A stretch of DNA of 57,483 nt from an uncultured Pseudomonadales bacterium (GTDB taxonomy: Bacteria > Patescibacteriota > Microgenomatia > UBA1400 > MFAQ01), in assembly GCA_964513845.1 (NCBI GenBank), contig CAZENT010000006.1, forward strand, positions 1 through 57,483. Reading direction: 5' to 3'. Position numbers and translations under genes: made by a program. Below the pieces are notes generated by a model, which worked only from the letters and a program-made list of their open reading frames with translations, ran no database searches and was not told the DNA's origin. Every line of letters starts with the position of its first letter. Position 1 is the first letter of the stretch. Below, piece by piece: positions 26,534 to 36,222 of the stretch.

Positions 26534-27424
26534 CTAAGGATCGAGCGTAAAACCAAGCACCGCTCGGTTAAATAAATAAGATGGAGATCCATCGGCCGCT
26601 TGGTCGCCGAACTCCCCTACACAAAATTTTAGCAACCAGCCATTCTCTGCCATCACCTTTTCAAAGCCAGCTTCAGGAATATTATTTATCAACCACGACT
26701 TAGTTGTCATAGTTGCATTGTCATAATCCTCAACCAGCTCATGTGGCACAATCACGGCCGCCGATATTCGAAGAGTTAACTTCTGTCCCAAACAGCCCTC
26801 AGTTACCTCAAAATCGCTTAACGGCTGCACACTTCCTTCAGGCATCTGGCACAAATACGCTTCACTTCCTACGAGAGTCTGTATCAGTTCTTTCCCCTCT
26901 TCCAAACTCCTTACTCCACCTTGAGGTTTCACTCTCAGATACAGTTCCAAGTTCGTGGCAAAGATTTTTTTACCTCGATAGATACCTGAATGTGCCCAAG
27001 TAGAAGTGATATCTCCCAAGTACGAGTAAACCGTACCATTTCCAGGAAGAAAAACCTCGTCGGGATCAGTTCCCTTGTAGCCTATCGGCTGTGCCCAGTT
27101 ACTGGTAATCACAGATCCGTCAGACAATCGAACAACCAAAGCGATTGGTCCGCCATTTTCCAAATCAATCTTTTCTCCCAGCACATAGTTTTGTACCGGA
27201 AAAGGCGTTGGCGTTGGTGGAACACTGGTTGGTGTTGGTGCTATAGCTGTCGGAGCAACGGGCATAAAGGGGGTTCTCGTTGCTTGAATACTTTGCACCA
27301 CATCAGCAGAAACAATTTCTGGTTGGCTGTATTTAGCCAATAAATCCCAGTAAGCATTAACCCCCAGAAAAATAATCATACTTAAACCGATAATCAACGC
27401 CAAAAACTTACCAACTAGTTTCAT
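26534..27424 (-). CDS. Putative divergent sortase
   Basis: N-terminal TM anchor, PT linker, candidate His-Cys-Arg triad (WAHSG, LLKFC, NRAVL); adjacent to a protein with a sorting-signal-like tail. Confidence 0.55.
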   Translation of the reverse strand: MKLVGKFLALIIGLSMIIFLGVNAYWDLLAKYSQPEIVSADVVQSIQATRTPFMPVAPTAIAPTPTSVPPTPTPFPVQNYVLGEKIDLENGGPIALVVRLSDGSVITSNWAQPIGYKGTDPDEVFLPGNGTVYSYLGDITSTWAHSGIYRGKKIFATNLELYLRVKPQGGVRSLEEGKELIQTLVGSEAYLCQMPEGSVQPLSDFEVTEGCLGQKLTLRISAAVIVPHELVEDYDNATMTTKSWLINNIPEAGFEKVMAENGWLLKFCVGEFGDQAADGSPSYLFNRAVLGFTLDP

Positions 27425-27490
27425 TCTTCCTCCTCTCGATACAAAATTGGGTCGGGGCAGTTGCCCCGACCCAGAAAAGGATAATACTTA

Positions 27491-28336
27491 TCAAGCCTTA
27501 AAAATCAGGCCCAATAAGCCAATAACGGCCATTAAACCACCAATATAGAATCCCAACGGCATCCCTAACCCGCCTCCCGCTCCAGTTTCCTGAGGTTTGG
27601 GCGTGTTGGTCGCTGTTGGCGGCACGACCGTATCGGTCGTAATCGGCGTTCCCGTTGGCGGAACCACTGTATCGGTTGGTGTATTCGTAACCAACGTCGG
27701 CGTTCCCGTCGGTGGCACAACAGTATCAGTCAACGTGGGTGTATTGGTAGGTTGATCGGTAATCGTAAGTGTACCGGTCGGAGTGTTTGTAACCAATGTC
27801 GGTGTCCCGGTTGGCGGGACCACCGTGTCGGTCGCAGTCGGATTTTCCGTCGTAGTTGGTGTATTTGTTGGCGGAACGACAGTGTCGGTCAACGTCGGTG
27901 TCCCGGTTGGCGGGACCACCGTGTCGGTCGCAGTCGGCGGTACATCTGTATCAGTCGCAGTTGGTGTTGGTGTATCGCATGGACCATGGGACAGATTAAA
28001 CTGTCCATCCCACTCTTCGTAAATCATGGCCGTTGCGCCCTGTACAACCAAATCAAGATTTTGAACTGACTTGTAGTGCGCTGTACCTCCCGTAAATTTT
28101 TCCAAGTCAATTACTTCTTGAGTACCATTGGTAAAAGTAACGGTTACATTTGGCGGAACATGATCCAATGTATCGATCTGGGTGATTACAAACACTCTTT
28201 CGGTGTCATCACAACCATGATCATTAATAGCCTTGGCAGAAATTTCTTTCAAGCCTTCCGCTTGAACAGATATGGCGCTGGCAAACATAACTACCAGCCC
28301 AACAATAATTAAAAAGACACTAAAAACTCTGCGCAT
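27491..28336 (-). CDS. Secreted T/P-rich repeat protein with LPxTG-like C-terminal sorting signal
   Basis: Signal peptide, TDTVVPPT repeats, C-terminal PQETG followed by a hydrophobic helix and Lys. Confidence 0.75.
   Translation of the reverse strand: MRRVFSVFLIIVGLVVMFASAISVQAEGLKEISAKAINDHGCDDTERVFVITQIDTLDHVPPNVTVTFTNGTQEVIDLEKFTGGTAHYKSVQNLDLVVQGATAMIYEEWDGQFNLSHGPCDTPTPTATDTDVPPTATDTVVPPTGTPTLTDTVVPPTNTPTTTENPTATDTVVPPTGTPTLVTNTPTGTLTITDQPTNTPTLTDTVVPPTGTPTLVTNTPTDTVVPPTGTPITTDTVVPPTATNTPKPQETGAGGGLGMPLGFYIGGLMAVIGLLGLIFKA
27600..27975. repeat. Intragenic tandem repeats encoding TDTVVPPT(G/N/A)TP units
   Basis: Includes an exact 44-bp direct repeat at 27798-27841 and 27894-27937. Confidence 0.85.
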
Positions 28337-28409
28337 TTAACCCTCCATTTCAAAGAACAAAGATATCTTACTAATGCGCAATATATCAAATCACGTCGTT
28401 AAAGTCAAT

Positions 28410-29222
28410 CTATATCCTCTTTCGGGCATCTCGAAAAACCAGCCAAGGAAACACAAATACCGCTTTCAAAATTCTTCCAATTCGCTTAGGCTCTGTGACC
28501 ACTCTCCACAACCACTTCAACCCCATTCTCTCCATCCATTTAGGTGCTTTCTTCACTTTACCCACATACTCATCAAAGGTTCCTCCCACGCCAATACCAA
28601 CTTTTGCTTTCAAAACATCTTGATGCTTGGCCAACCATTTTTCTTGTTTTATTGGGTTATATGCCACAAACAATATATCTGGGGCAAATTTATTTATTTT
28701 CTCAATCACCCTTTTATTGGTGACCTCATCCGTCCCCACCCTTGTTTCGCCTGAATCGTAGTCCACTTTTAGCTTTGGAAACCGTTTTAAGAGCATTCTG
28801 ACAGTTTTCTCGCTCACATTATCCCATCCACCCAGAAGAAATACCCTCCAACCCTTGTCTGCAGCCATTTCTGTCAGCTTTTCAAAAAGCCAAACTCCTG
28901 TCACCGGTTTGCCGACTTTTCCAGACAGTATCTCTCCCCCAACTTTTAGACCCTCTCCGAATTTTCCAATCACAGACTTCCCTGCAATCTTATCTCTGTA
29001 TTTTGCCGCCGCCAAAACCGATACCCCATCTGGAGTAACCAGATCAGCCGAACGCATTATGTTCATAAAATCCGAGTCACTCTGGGCACGAACAAAAAAC
29101 TCACTGTAAGCCGTCACTACCAGTTTCATCTTCCCCGGTTTGTTTATCCAGCCATCCATTAAGTTCAAAGTTTCTGATCCGGTCAGTATATCTACGGGGG
29201 CTCCCAAAACAATCTTTCGCAT
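28410..29222 (-). CDS. WecB/TagA/CpsF-family glycosyltransferase
   Basis: ADLVTPDGVSV, VFLLGG, PDILFVA, GIGVGGTFD, APKWMERMGLKWLWR. Confidence 0.93.
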   Translation of the reverse strand: MRKIVLGAPVDILTGSETLNLMDGWINKPGKMKLVVTAYSEFFVRAQSDSDFMNIMRSADLVTPDGVSVLAAAKYRDKIAGKSVIGKFGEGLKVGGEILSGKVGKPVTGVWLFEKLTEMAADKGWRVFLLGGWDNVSEKTVRMLLKRFPKLKVDYDSGETRVGTDEVTNKRVIEKINKFAPDILFVAYNPIKQEKWLAKHQDVLKAKVGIGVGGTFDEYVGKVKKAPKWMERMGLKWLWRVVTEPKRIGRILKAVFVFPWLVFRDARKRI

Positions 29223-30859
29223 ATAATGCTATTATATTCGTGCAGCACGATTAAGCAATCCAGACCTCCAATCTTCTCAATCTCGATCAGCATAAAACTA
29301 TCTTCCAAAATCGTGCCTAGACTCCCAAGCCATTATCACTCATCTTTCATCTCTGCCAAGTAGGTATTTTAATGTGTTTGGTGCTTAAGATCAAGCAATT
29401 TTGCCTGTATCAAAGCATAAAAATATCAAAATTTGGCCCAAAAAACCCTCAGTGAAAACTTCAAAGCTAAATTTTTAAGACATTTTTTAAGGTTTTGTTA
29501 AAAAACATCATTTATATAAGATATATATACGTATCCTATATCATCAATCGTCCAATATTTTCGATAAAATAGTTATTTAGACATTCATATCTCATACATA
29601 GTCGAATCAAAAGATAAATTTATGAATACATTATTTAATCAATAATTGTACCCAAATACGGAAATTAGATAAATAGTAAGGAAATAATTGATATGACTTA
29701 TATGTATAGCTATCACTCCTCTTATAACTAATAAATAGACCGTCACATTTATAGCAAAAATATCAATATTTAACCCCATATTACAATTTTGCTTGATCTA
29801 GTTTGTTCAACCGAAAAAATAAAAATACCTGACATTTTTGCATTATCTCTTTAATGTGAATATTTCATAAAATATGCTTCAAATATATTTTTAGGAATAT
29901 TAATATGTTGTCTACACCAAACATGTCAGAAATAGACAATAAACAAAATCAACACACATCAAACAACCAGATAAAAATACTTCGATGCCCTATTGTGACA
30001 ACACCATCTCTATATATAAGAAATCATAATGATGAAAATACTAAAAAAAGCAGTACAAATACAGATATTCAAAAATCGAAGATATATAAGAAACCGGAGT
30101 CAAATATATAGAATATATCTTGTAATATTTCACACACATATATGCCTAAAGAATATATATTTCAACACGGTATATGTCAAACGATCAAAAATTGATAGGC
30201 AAAAATATTTAGAATAATCATAAAATGCTATGTGTACAAGCACCTACTTGTAATATATGTTACATAACAGAAAACAATTACATACAAATTAATGAGTGGG
30301 GCAAAAAATATATCGAGAAATACATAATATTTACATACCCATATAGGTAACTTAAGAATAGACACATACCCCACCCCCGGTATTATCAAAAAAATCTTAA
30401 CAAGAAAATACAGTCTGGGTACCCATACCCCCAGACAAAAAATATAGCGCCGAAAATCGAAATGCAAAATAGTTAGGGGGTATGGGGTGTGTTCGTGAAA
30501 ACTAGAGCTAGCTTTGCATCTCGATAAATATCATATATTGATCTCAACACATATCTTATTCCCCATTCAGCTATCTCATACCAATAATTCACAAACGAGC
30601 AACTCCAATTCTTTTCTTAGAATCCGGAAATTATATTGATCTACGACACCCCAATGAATATATATGAACCAAATATTTCAAATTTATTTTTACAAATTTC
30701 ATCCCCATACTCAATTACTATGTACAACTGTCGATATAACTATCTAACCCATATATCTTTTTGATGTATATGAAATTTATGCCTAATTGCCATTTTAGCA
30801 ATTAAATCATCACACTGACAGGGTAAATAAAAAAGACCGATTCACTAGCTAATTATTAT

Positions 30860-31873
30860 CTAGTGCTTCAGACTACCTCGGTAAACATCCAAGTTCTCAA
30901 TTGCTATCCCTATACCTTTTATTACACACCTCTGTGGATCTTCCGCAACAAACGCTGGAACACCTGTTTCCTGGGTTATCAATCTATCAAATCCTCTCAG
31001 CAAAGACGTTCCCCCACTCATCACGATTCCCTTATCAATAATGTCGCTAGAGAGCTCTGGAGGGACTTCTTCCATTACCGTCTTCAACATGGCAATGATT
31101 TTTCCCAGAGGTTCTCTAAGGGCTTCAAACACATCGTTTGATGAAACAGTCACCTGTCGCGGTAACCCTGCAATACTGTCTCGACCTGTTACTTCCATTG
31201 TTTCTTCACGGCTTACCGGCATAGCCGATCCGATTTTTATCTTTATCTGTTCAGCTGTTTGTTCGCCAATTACCAAGTTGTGTTTTCTTCTGGCCCAACG
31301 AGTAATGGCTTCATCCAGCTTGTTTCCTGCCACCCTGACACTTTTAAAGGTCACCACACCACCCAGAGAGATTACGGCAGCTTCGGCCGCTCCTCCACCC
31401 ATATCCAGTACCATGTTTCCCGATGGCTCAGCAATGGGCACTCCTGCTCCAATGGCTGCGGCCAAAGGCTCTTCAATCAGATATGCGTTTCTGGCACCGG
31501 CTTCAATTGCTGCTCCCAGAACAGCTCTACGCTCAACTTGAGTTACGCCTGCCGGCACACAAATCATCACTTCCGGCTTAAACAAGCCATATGCGCCAAC
31601 TTTTCGCAGAAAATACTTGAGCATCGCCTCTGTTACCGCATAGTCGGCTATCACTCCATCACGCATCGGCTTACTTGCCTTGATGTTTCCGGGAGTTCTG
31701 CCTAGCATGCTTTGAGCGTCTTTCCCGACAGCCAAGACTTTTCCATCTGTGACGGACACGGCCACCACAGTTGGCTCTTCCAAAACCAACCCTTCACCTA
31801 CCACATACACCAAGCTATTGGCAGTTCCAAGGTCGATGGCTACTTTTTTTGAAAACGAGAAAGGCATTTGCAC
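30860..31873 (-). CDS. mreB: Rod shape-determining protein MreB
   Basis: AIDLGTAN, PMRDGVIAD, EEPLAAAIG, DMGGG, GIVMSGG. Confidence 0.97.
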   Translation of the reverse strand: MQMPFSFSKKVAIDLGTANSLVYVVGEGLVLEEPTVVAVSVTDGKVLAVGKDAQSMLGRTPGNIKASKPMRDGVIADYAVTEAMLKYFLRKVGAYGLFKPEVMICVPAGVTQVERRAVLGAAIEAGARNAYLIEEPLAAAIGAGVPIAEPSGNMVLDMGGGAAEAAVISLGGVVTFKSVRVAGNKLDEAITRWARRKHNLVIGEQTAEQIKIKIGSAMPVSREETMEVTGRDSIAGLPRQVTVSSNDVFEALREPLGKIIAMLKTVMEEVPPELSSDIIDKGIVMSGGTSLLRGFDRLITQETGVPAFVAEDPQRCVIKGIGIAIENLDVYRGSLKH

Positions 31874-31960
31874 ACATTCTACCAGGAGTTACATATAAAT
31901 AGTATCCAACCAATTTTTTGTTTCATGAAACAATACTGACCGAAGCCTTACTACTTTTTC

Positions 31961-32069
31961 AAAAATATTGCGCAAAGCCCAAAAGCCTTGTTTCTTGGGT
32001 AATCCCAAGAATTTTGGGCTGCGAGTAATGGATGGCTTTCGTGCAGGGCGAAAGAGCATCCGGTTTTTG
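31961..32069 (+). repeat. Structured dispersed repeat E1 (family: 35045-35360, 39335-39591, 55504-55630, 55646-55904, 57068-57267)
   Basis: Shared modules CCGCAGTACTTCGTCCTTATGAGGAAGTTACGCAAAGCC and AATATTGCGCAAAGCC...GGCTG; compensatory changes between copies. Confidence 0.85.
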
Positions 32070-32189
32070 AAAAGGTATAAGGCGGTAGGTCGGGTGATGA
32101 GGGAAATAAAATTTAGGAAGAGAAAATGGGAAAAATGATCAAAGCACCAGGTCAGGTTGAGGTAAACCATATACTTGATATAATGATAG

Positions 32190-33509
32190 TTGATGACAAA
32201 AAATCCTAAAGGCAAACGCATTATCATCAACATCCTGATTCTCATGTTCCTCATTGGAGGCACAGCTATGGCTATCCTGTACGCCAAAGGCTATCGCCCA
32301 AATATCAAAGAGGGCTCGCTTCAGGGCTCAGGGCTTCTCAATGTTACGTCTTACCCCAAATCAGCCAGAGTTATCATCAACGACAAGCTCACCACAGTCA
32401 CCGACGACAAGCTCTATCTTTACCCAGGAACATACAACATCAAGATCGAAAAGGATGGCTTTCACCCTTGGACCAAGTCTGTTCCTCTCAAGTCCGAGTT
32501 GGTTTCCAACGCCGACGCTCGCCTCTTCCCAATAATCAACGCCACTTCACCCCTCACTTTCTACCAAGCCAGCAACGCTTCTTTAAACCCAGACGGCACC
32601 AAAATCGCCTACGTTCTCACCAAATCCCCGGTTGAAACCGCCAATGGCCTCTATATTCACTCTCTTTCCGGCAACTTCCTAGGCTCACAGTATGTCCAAA
32701 TCACCGACAACACCACCAAAGACTTTACCAAAGCTCTTCTCATCTGGTCACCGGACAGCACTCAAATACTTGCTGTTTTCTCGGAAAAAACCAAAACCGC
32801 CGAAAGGATTACTTCTGCCGTACTTCTTTCCACCAAAGGCATGAATAACATCAAAACCATCTCCGATGCCACCCTTCGTCTTCCTCTAATCATTTCTCAA
32901 TGGCAAGGCGAGTACGCCAAAATCAATCTCCCCAACATCGCGCTCTATCCAAAATATCTAGCTGACATTCTTTCCAACAAGGCTGTCAACGTCTTTTTCT
33001 CTCCCGACAAAGAAAAGGTTTTCTACACTGCCACTTCAGATACGAATCTTCCGGAAAATGAAATCGGCAAATCCCTCCCCAACATCAACGCCACTCCGGA
33101 AACCAGAAATCTTCTCAAGGACAAATCCTATGTTTTTGACCTCAAAGAAGGCACCAACTACGCCCTTCCCGCCGCCTCAGCCTCAGCCACAACCAAGAAA
33201 ATCATCATTACAGCCGCCGATGCCACTCCTTCTGCTAGTATTGCCACACTCAAACAGCTCAAAGCTCAAACAGAAAGCTACACCGTTGGCAATCTCTCTT
33301 GGTACTCCAACTCTCGCCAGCTAGTTGTTACCGGTTCCGAAGGTGTAAACATCGTTGACTACGATGGCCTAAACATGACCAACATTACTTCTGTTCAACC
33401 CTTGAATGGCTTTGCAGTCAGCAACTCGGACAGCAGTCGCTTAATTCTTCTGACGAACATCAATCAAAAAGCCGACACTTACAATCTCATCTCTTTTGAT
33501 TTAAAGTAG
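32190..33509 (+). CDS. PEGA-domain membrane-anchored protein with TolB-like repeats
   Basis: N-terminal TM, GLLNVTSYPKSARVIIN...LYPGTYNIKIEKDGF PEGA pattern; WSPDS and FSPDK repeats. Confidence 0.85.
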   Translation: MMTKNPKGKRIIINILILMFLIGGTAMAILYAKGYRPNIKEGSLQGSGLLNVTSYPKSARVIINDKLTTVTDDKLYLYPGTYNIKIEKDGFHPWTKSVPLKSELVSNADARLFPIINATSPLTFYQASNASLNPDGTKIAYVLTKSPVETANGLYIHSLSGNFLGSQYVQITDNTTKDFTKALLIWSPDSTQILAVFSEKTKTAERITSAVLLSTKGMNNIKTISDATLRLPLIISQWQGEYAKINLPNIALYPKYLADILSNKAVNVFFSPDKEKVFYTATSDTNLPENEIGKSLPNINATPETRNLLKDKSYVFDLKEGTNYALPAASASATTKKIIITAADATPSASIATLKQLKAQTESYTVGNLSWYSNSRQLVVTGSEGVNIVDYDGLNMTNITSVQPLNGFAVSNSDSSRLILLTNINQKADTYNLISFDLK

Positions 33510-34149
33510 CCTTCATTTTTGTCCAAACGGTAATCGCTTGCGCATAGTCATCGATATAGTAGATGGTGATCTGTCCTCGCTTCCAGCCACACTCATGATC
33601 GAAGTCGGATTTATGGCAAATCAGCCGATGGTCATTAGTATAATAGTCGGCTACAGCCATCCTTTGTTTACCCATCAATTTTGAATCCTCCACCATCGAT
33701 AGTTCAGAAAATGTCGGCTCTTCATAGCTGTCAACAATCTCCTTTTCCGCCTTTGATTTTCCATTGTCCGGCGGTTTGGATCCATAATACTCTGGCATCA
33801 ACATCATTATTTGATATCTCCCCTTGCACAGCACCAGGTTATACTCCCATTTATTTAACGACTTGTATTTGCCATCATACTCACAAATTTCATCCAAAAA
33901 AAATGCCGAAGAATATACCTCTTTCTTTTGTTTAATAATCTCCACCAAATCACTAGCCTGTGCTTCGATTCTATAAAAGGAATCACTGTCAAAAGGCACC
34001 TTCAGCATACTCTCAGCCAACATTGTTCCCATCATGGTTAACTCTGCATCGCGAAAAAACCAGCCCAAAATCACCGCCTCTCCGGCAGTCATATCCATCC
34101 AGTTTTTTGGACCAAGATCGTCGACCAAATCATAACTCTCTTTACTCAT
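33487..34149 (-). CDS. Hypothetical protein (220 aa)
   Basis: Long ORF; no recognised domain. Confidence 0.65.
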   Translation of the reverse strand: MSKESYDLVDDLGPKNWMDMTAGEAVILGWFFRDAELTMMGTMLAESMLKVPFDSDSFYRIEAQASDLVEIIKQKKEVYSSAFFLDEICEYDGKYKSLNKWEYNLVLCKGRYQIMMLMPEYYGSKPPDNGKSKAEKEIVDSYEEPTFSELSMVEDSKLMGKQRMAVADYYTNDHRLICHKSDFDHECGWKRGQITIYYIDDYAQAITVWTKMKATLNQKR

Positions 34150-34192
34150 TGAACAGATATTATCATGGGCCAGGATGTAAAATATATTGATT

Positions 34193-34266
34193 GCTGATGT
34201 AGCTCAGTTGGATAGAGCATCTCACTCCTAACGAGAAGGTCCCCAGTTCGACTCTGGGCATCAGCA
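34193..34266 (+). tRNA. tRNA-Arg(CCT)
   Basis: Full cloverleaf GCTGATG...CATCAGCA, anticodon loop CT-CCT-AA, TTCGACT T-loop. Confidence 0.92.
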
Positions 34267-34283
34267 CAAAACACTAAAACCAT

Positions 34284-34358
34284 TGGTCGGGGTGCGGAGA
34301 ATTGAACTCCGTGTCTCTTCGTCCCGAACGAAGCGTGATACCGATTCACTACACCCCG
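34284..34358 (-). tRNA. tRNA-Pro(CGG)
   Basis: CGGGGTG...CACCCCGACCA cloverleaf, loop TT-CGG-GA. Confidence 0.95.
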
Positions 34359-34397
34359 GATTGCTTACAAATGTATTTTACAGTGAAGAGTAGTTTT

Positions 34398-35003
34398 TTA
34401 CTTCTTACCCTGCCACTCCATGGAATACAAGATTTTGTCGATTGCCATGTCGTAGTCCACGATTTCCTCTTTTTTAAACCAGATTTCTATCTCAGTTTCC
34501 GCTTCTTCAACTGAACCGGAGGCGTGAACTAAGTTTCTGATTGCTCTTTCATCTGCGTCTGCCACAAAATACGAGTCGATAGTATAGTCACCCGTAATGG
34601 TGCCTATATCAGCCCCCAAAGGATTTGTTGCTCCACGAATTTTTCTGACATGAGCAATTGCATGAGCACCTTCGATCACCATTGCGATAACTGGGCCTAC
34701 CACCAAATACTCAAAAAGTCGAGTTTGAATGTCACGAGCAATATCCATTGGATCAGAAAATTTGTGTTTCAAACCCTTTTCAGCATAACTAGCCAAGGTT
34801 CTATTTCCCAAAAGCAACATGGCATCTTTTGGCTGATCGTAGTGTTTCTTTGCCATTTCTCTGGTTGGCCAGATCATCTTCATTGCGGTAATCTTTAGAC
34901 CTTTTTTCTCAAATCGGGAAATTATTTCTCCCACTAAACCTCTCTGAACACCATCAGGCTTAATAAGCACAAGAGATCTTTCGTGAACAGTTGTTTTAAT
35001 CAT
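34398..35003 (-). CDS. ndk: Nucleoside diphosphate kinase
   Basis: ERSLVLIKPDGVQRGL and RNLVHASGS (catalytic His). Confidence 0.97.
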   Translation of the reverse strand: MIKTTVHERSLVLIKPDGVQRGLVGEIISRFEKKGLKITAMKMIWPTREMAKKHYDQPKDAMLLLGNRTLASYAEKGLKHKFSDPMDIARDIQTRLFEYLVVGPVIAMVIEGAHAIAHVRKIRGATNPLGADIGTITGDYTIDSYFVADADERAIRNLVHASGSVEEAETEIEIWFKKEEIVDYDMAIDKILYSMEWQGKK

Positions 35004-35044
35004 ATGCCTCCCATTTTACCCCACTCCAGTCAAAATTGGTCATC

Positions 35045-35360
35045 AATTTTCCCTTAATTTCCGCAGTACTTTGTCCTTATGAGGAAGTTACGCAAAGCCA
35101 TAAACTCAAATCTTGAATTTATTTTGTTTCTCGAAACATAAAGTCCGTAGTCTATTCCCTTTTTGGCAGGATTACGTAAAGTGCGTATGGCATGGTGTCA
35201 CTACTGTGACCATACGCACTGCGTATCAAGAAATTTCTACGCAGGAGAAATATTCTGGCTGCCCTGAAAAGGCGTGTAGACGGCAGGACTTCATAAAGAG
35301 AAACAAAACATGTGAGAAAAGAATTGGAATAATGGATGGCGGGTCTTAATTGGGGAAATT
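35045..35360 (+). repeat. Structured repeat E2
   Basis: Module CCGCAG...ACGCAAAGCC plus nested stems TTTGTTTCTC/GAGAAACAAA, AAGTCC/GGACTT, GTCTA/TAGAC. Confidence 0.75.
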
Positions 35361-35371
35361 AAATTTTTTGT

Positions 35372-35731
35372 TTAATAAACCGCCTGATAATGTTCCATCC
35401 TCTCAACCTCCCCTTTAGTATTTAACACAATCGCCACCACATCCACTCGACAACCAACAACAATCCCCTTGTCCTGCAAATACACCTCCCCCATTCTTTT
35501 TATTTTCCCAATTTTACTTTTATTTACCATTTCTTCCGGTTCCCCAAAATCATGACCTATTTTTGTTTTCACTTCCACAAAAACCAAAATTGGCCCGTCA
35601 TAACAAATAATATCAATTTCACCAAAACGAGTACGAAAATTACGCTCAACAATCAAAAATCTTTTGTTTACCAGATACTCCGCCGCCAACTCTTCCCCCT
35701 TGTTTCCGGTAATTTTATTATTACTTTTCAT
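35372..35731 (-). CDS. yraN: YraN (UPF0102) PD-(D/E)xK nuclease
   Basis: GNKGEELAAEYL, RNFRTRFGEIDII, LVFVEVK, CRVDVVAI. Confidence 0.93.
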   Translation of the reverse strand: MKSNNKITGNKGEELAAEYLVNKRFLIVERNFRTRFGEIDIICYDGPILVFVEVKTKIGHDFGEPEEMVNKSKIGKIKRMGEVYLQDKGIVVGCRVDVVAIVLNTKGEVERMEHYQAVY

Positions 35732-35795
35732 TATTTTTATATCCTGCTCATCAATTTAACCATAAAAACGGCGCCCCTTTCGGGGCGCCAAAAAC

Positions 35796-36137
35796 CTATC
35801 TCTTTGCCCATCCGAGCAATGTGTTGATCATAAATATCGCCAACTGCATTCGCTCGGAATCACGCAGATTGTCGATATTGCACATCAGAAACCCATCGTA
35901 ATGAAAAACATGAGTTTCTTCACCTTTTTCATTCAAATAAATGTCAAGTTCGCTATGGGGATTTGGTCCCCCAAAATCTGCAATACCCTTTGCCCCAACC
36001 AAATTACCGGTTGTTACGATCCGGAACTTATCATACTTTAGTTCACCCGCATCGCAACTAGCTATGAAGAGCAAAACGATTTTGTGAAACGGAACTTCAA
36101 CACTCTTCTTTCCACTATCATTTGATATTTTCACCAT
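35796..36137 (-). CDS. ORFan hypothetical protein (113 aa)
   Basis: SD GAGGAGG, promoter TTGACT-17-TATAAT, GGCGCCCC hairpin terminator. Confidence 0.7.
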   Translation of the reverse strand: MVKISNDSGKKSVEVPFHKIVLLFIASCDAGELKYDKFRIVTTGNLVGAKGIADFGGPNPHSELDIYLNEKGEETHVFHYDGFLMCNIDNLRDSERMQLAIFMINTLLGWAKR

Positions 36138-36222
36138 GCCTCCTCAAATTGAAAAAATTTTTAGCGTACTGTTATCGTCCACTATTATATATCTATATAG
36201 GATAAAAGTCAAACCTAGAAAC

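Noticed and set aside
29230-30859. Replication origin
   Set aside because: No TTATCCACA boxes seen and no dnaA/dnaN nearby; AT-richness alone is insufficient
31041-31705. Plus-strand ORFs opposite mreB, and similar antisense ORFs over rplK, rplJ, comM, dprA and the ABC genes
   Set aside because: Shadow frames of confidently identified genes
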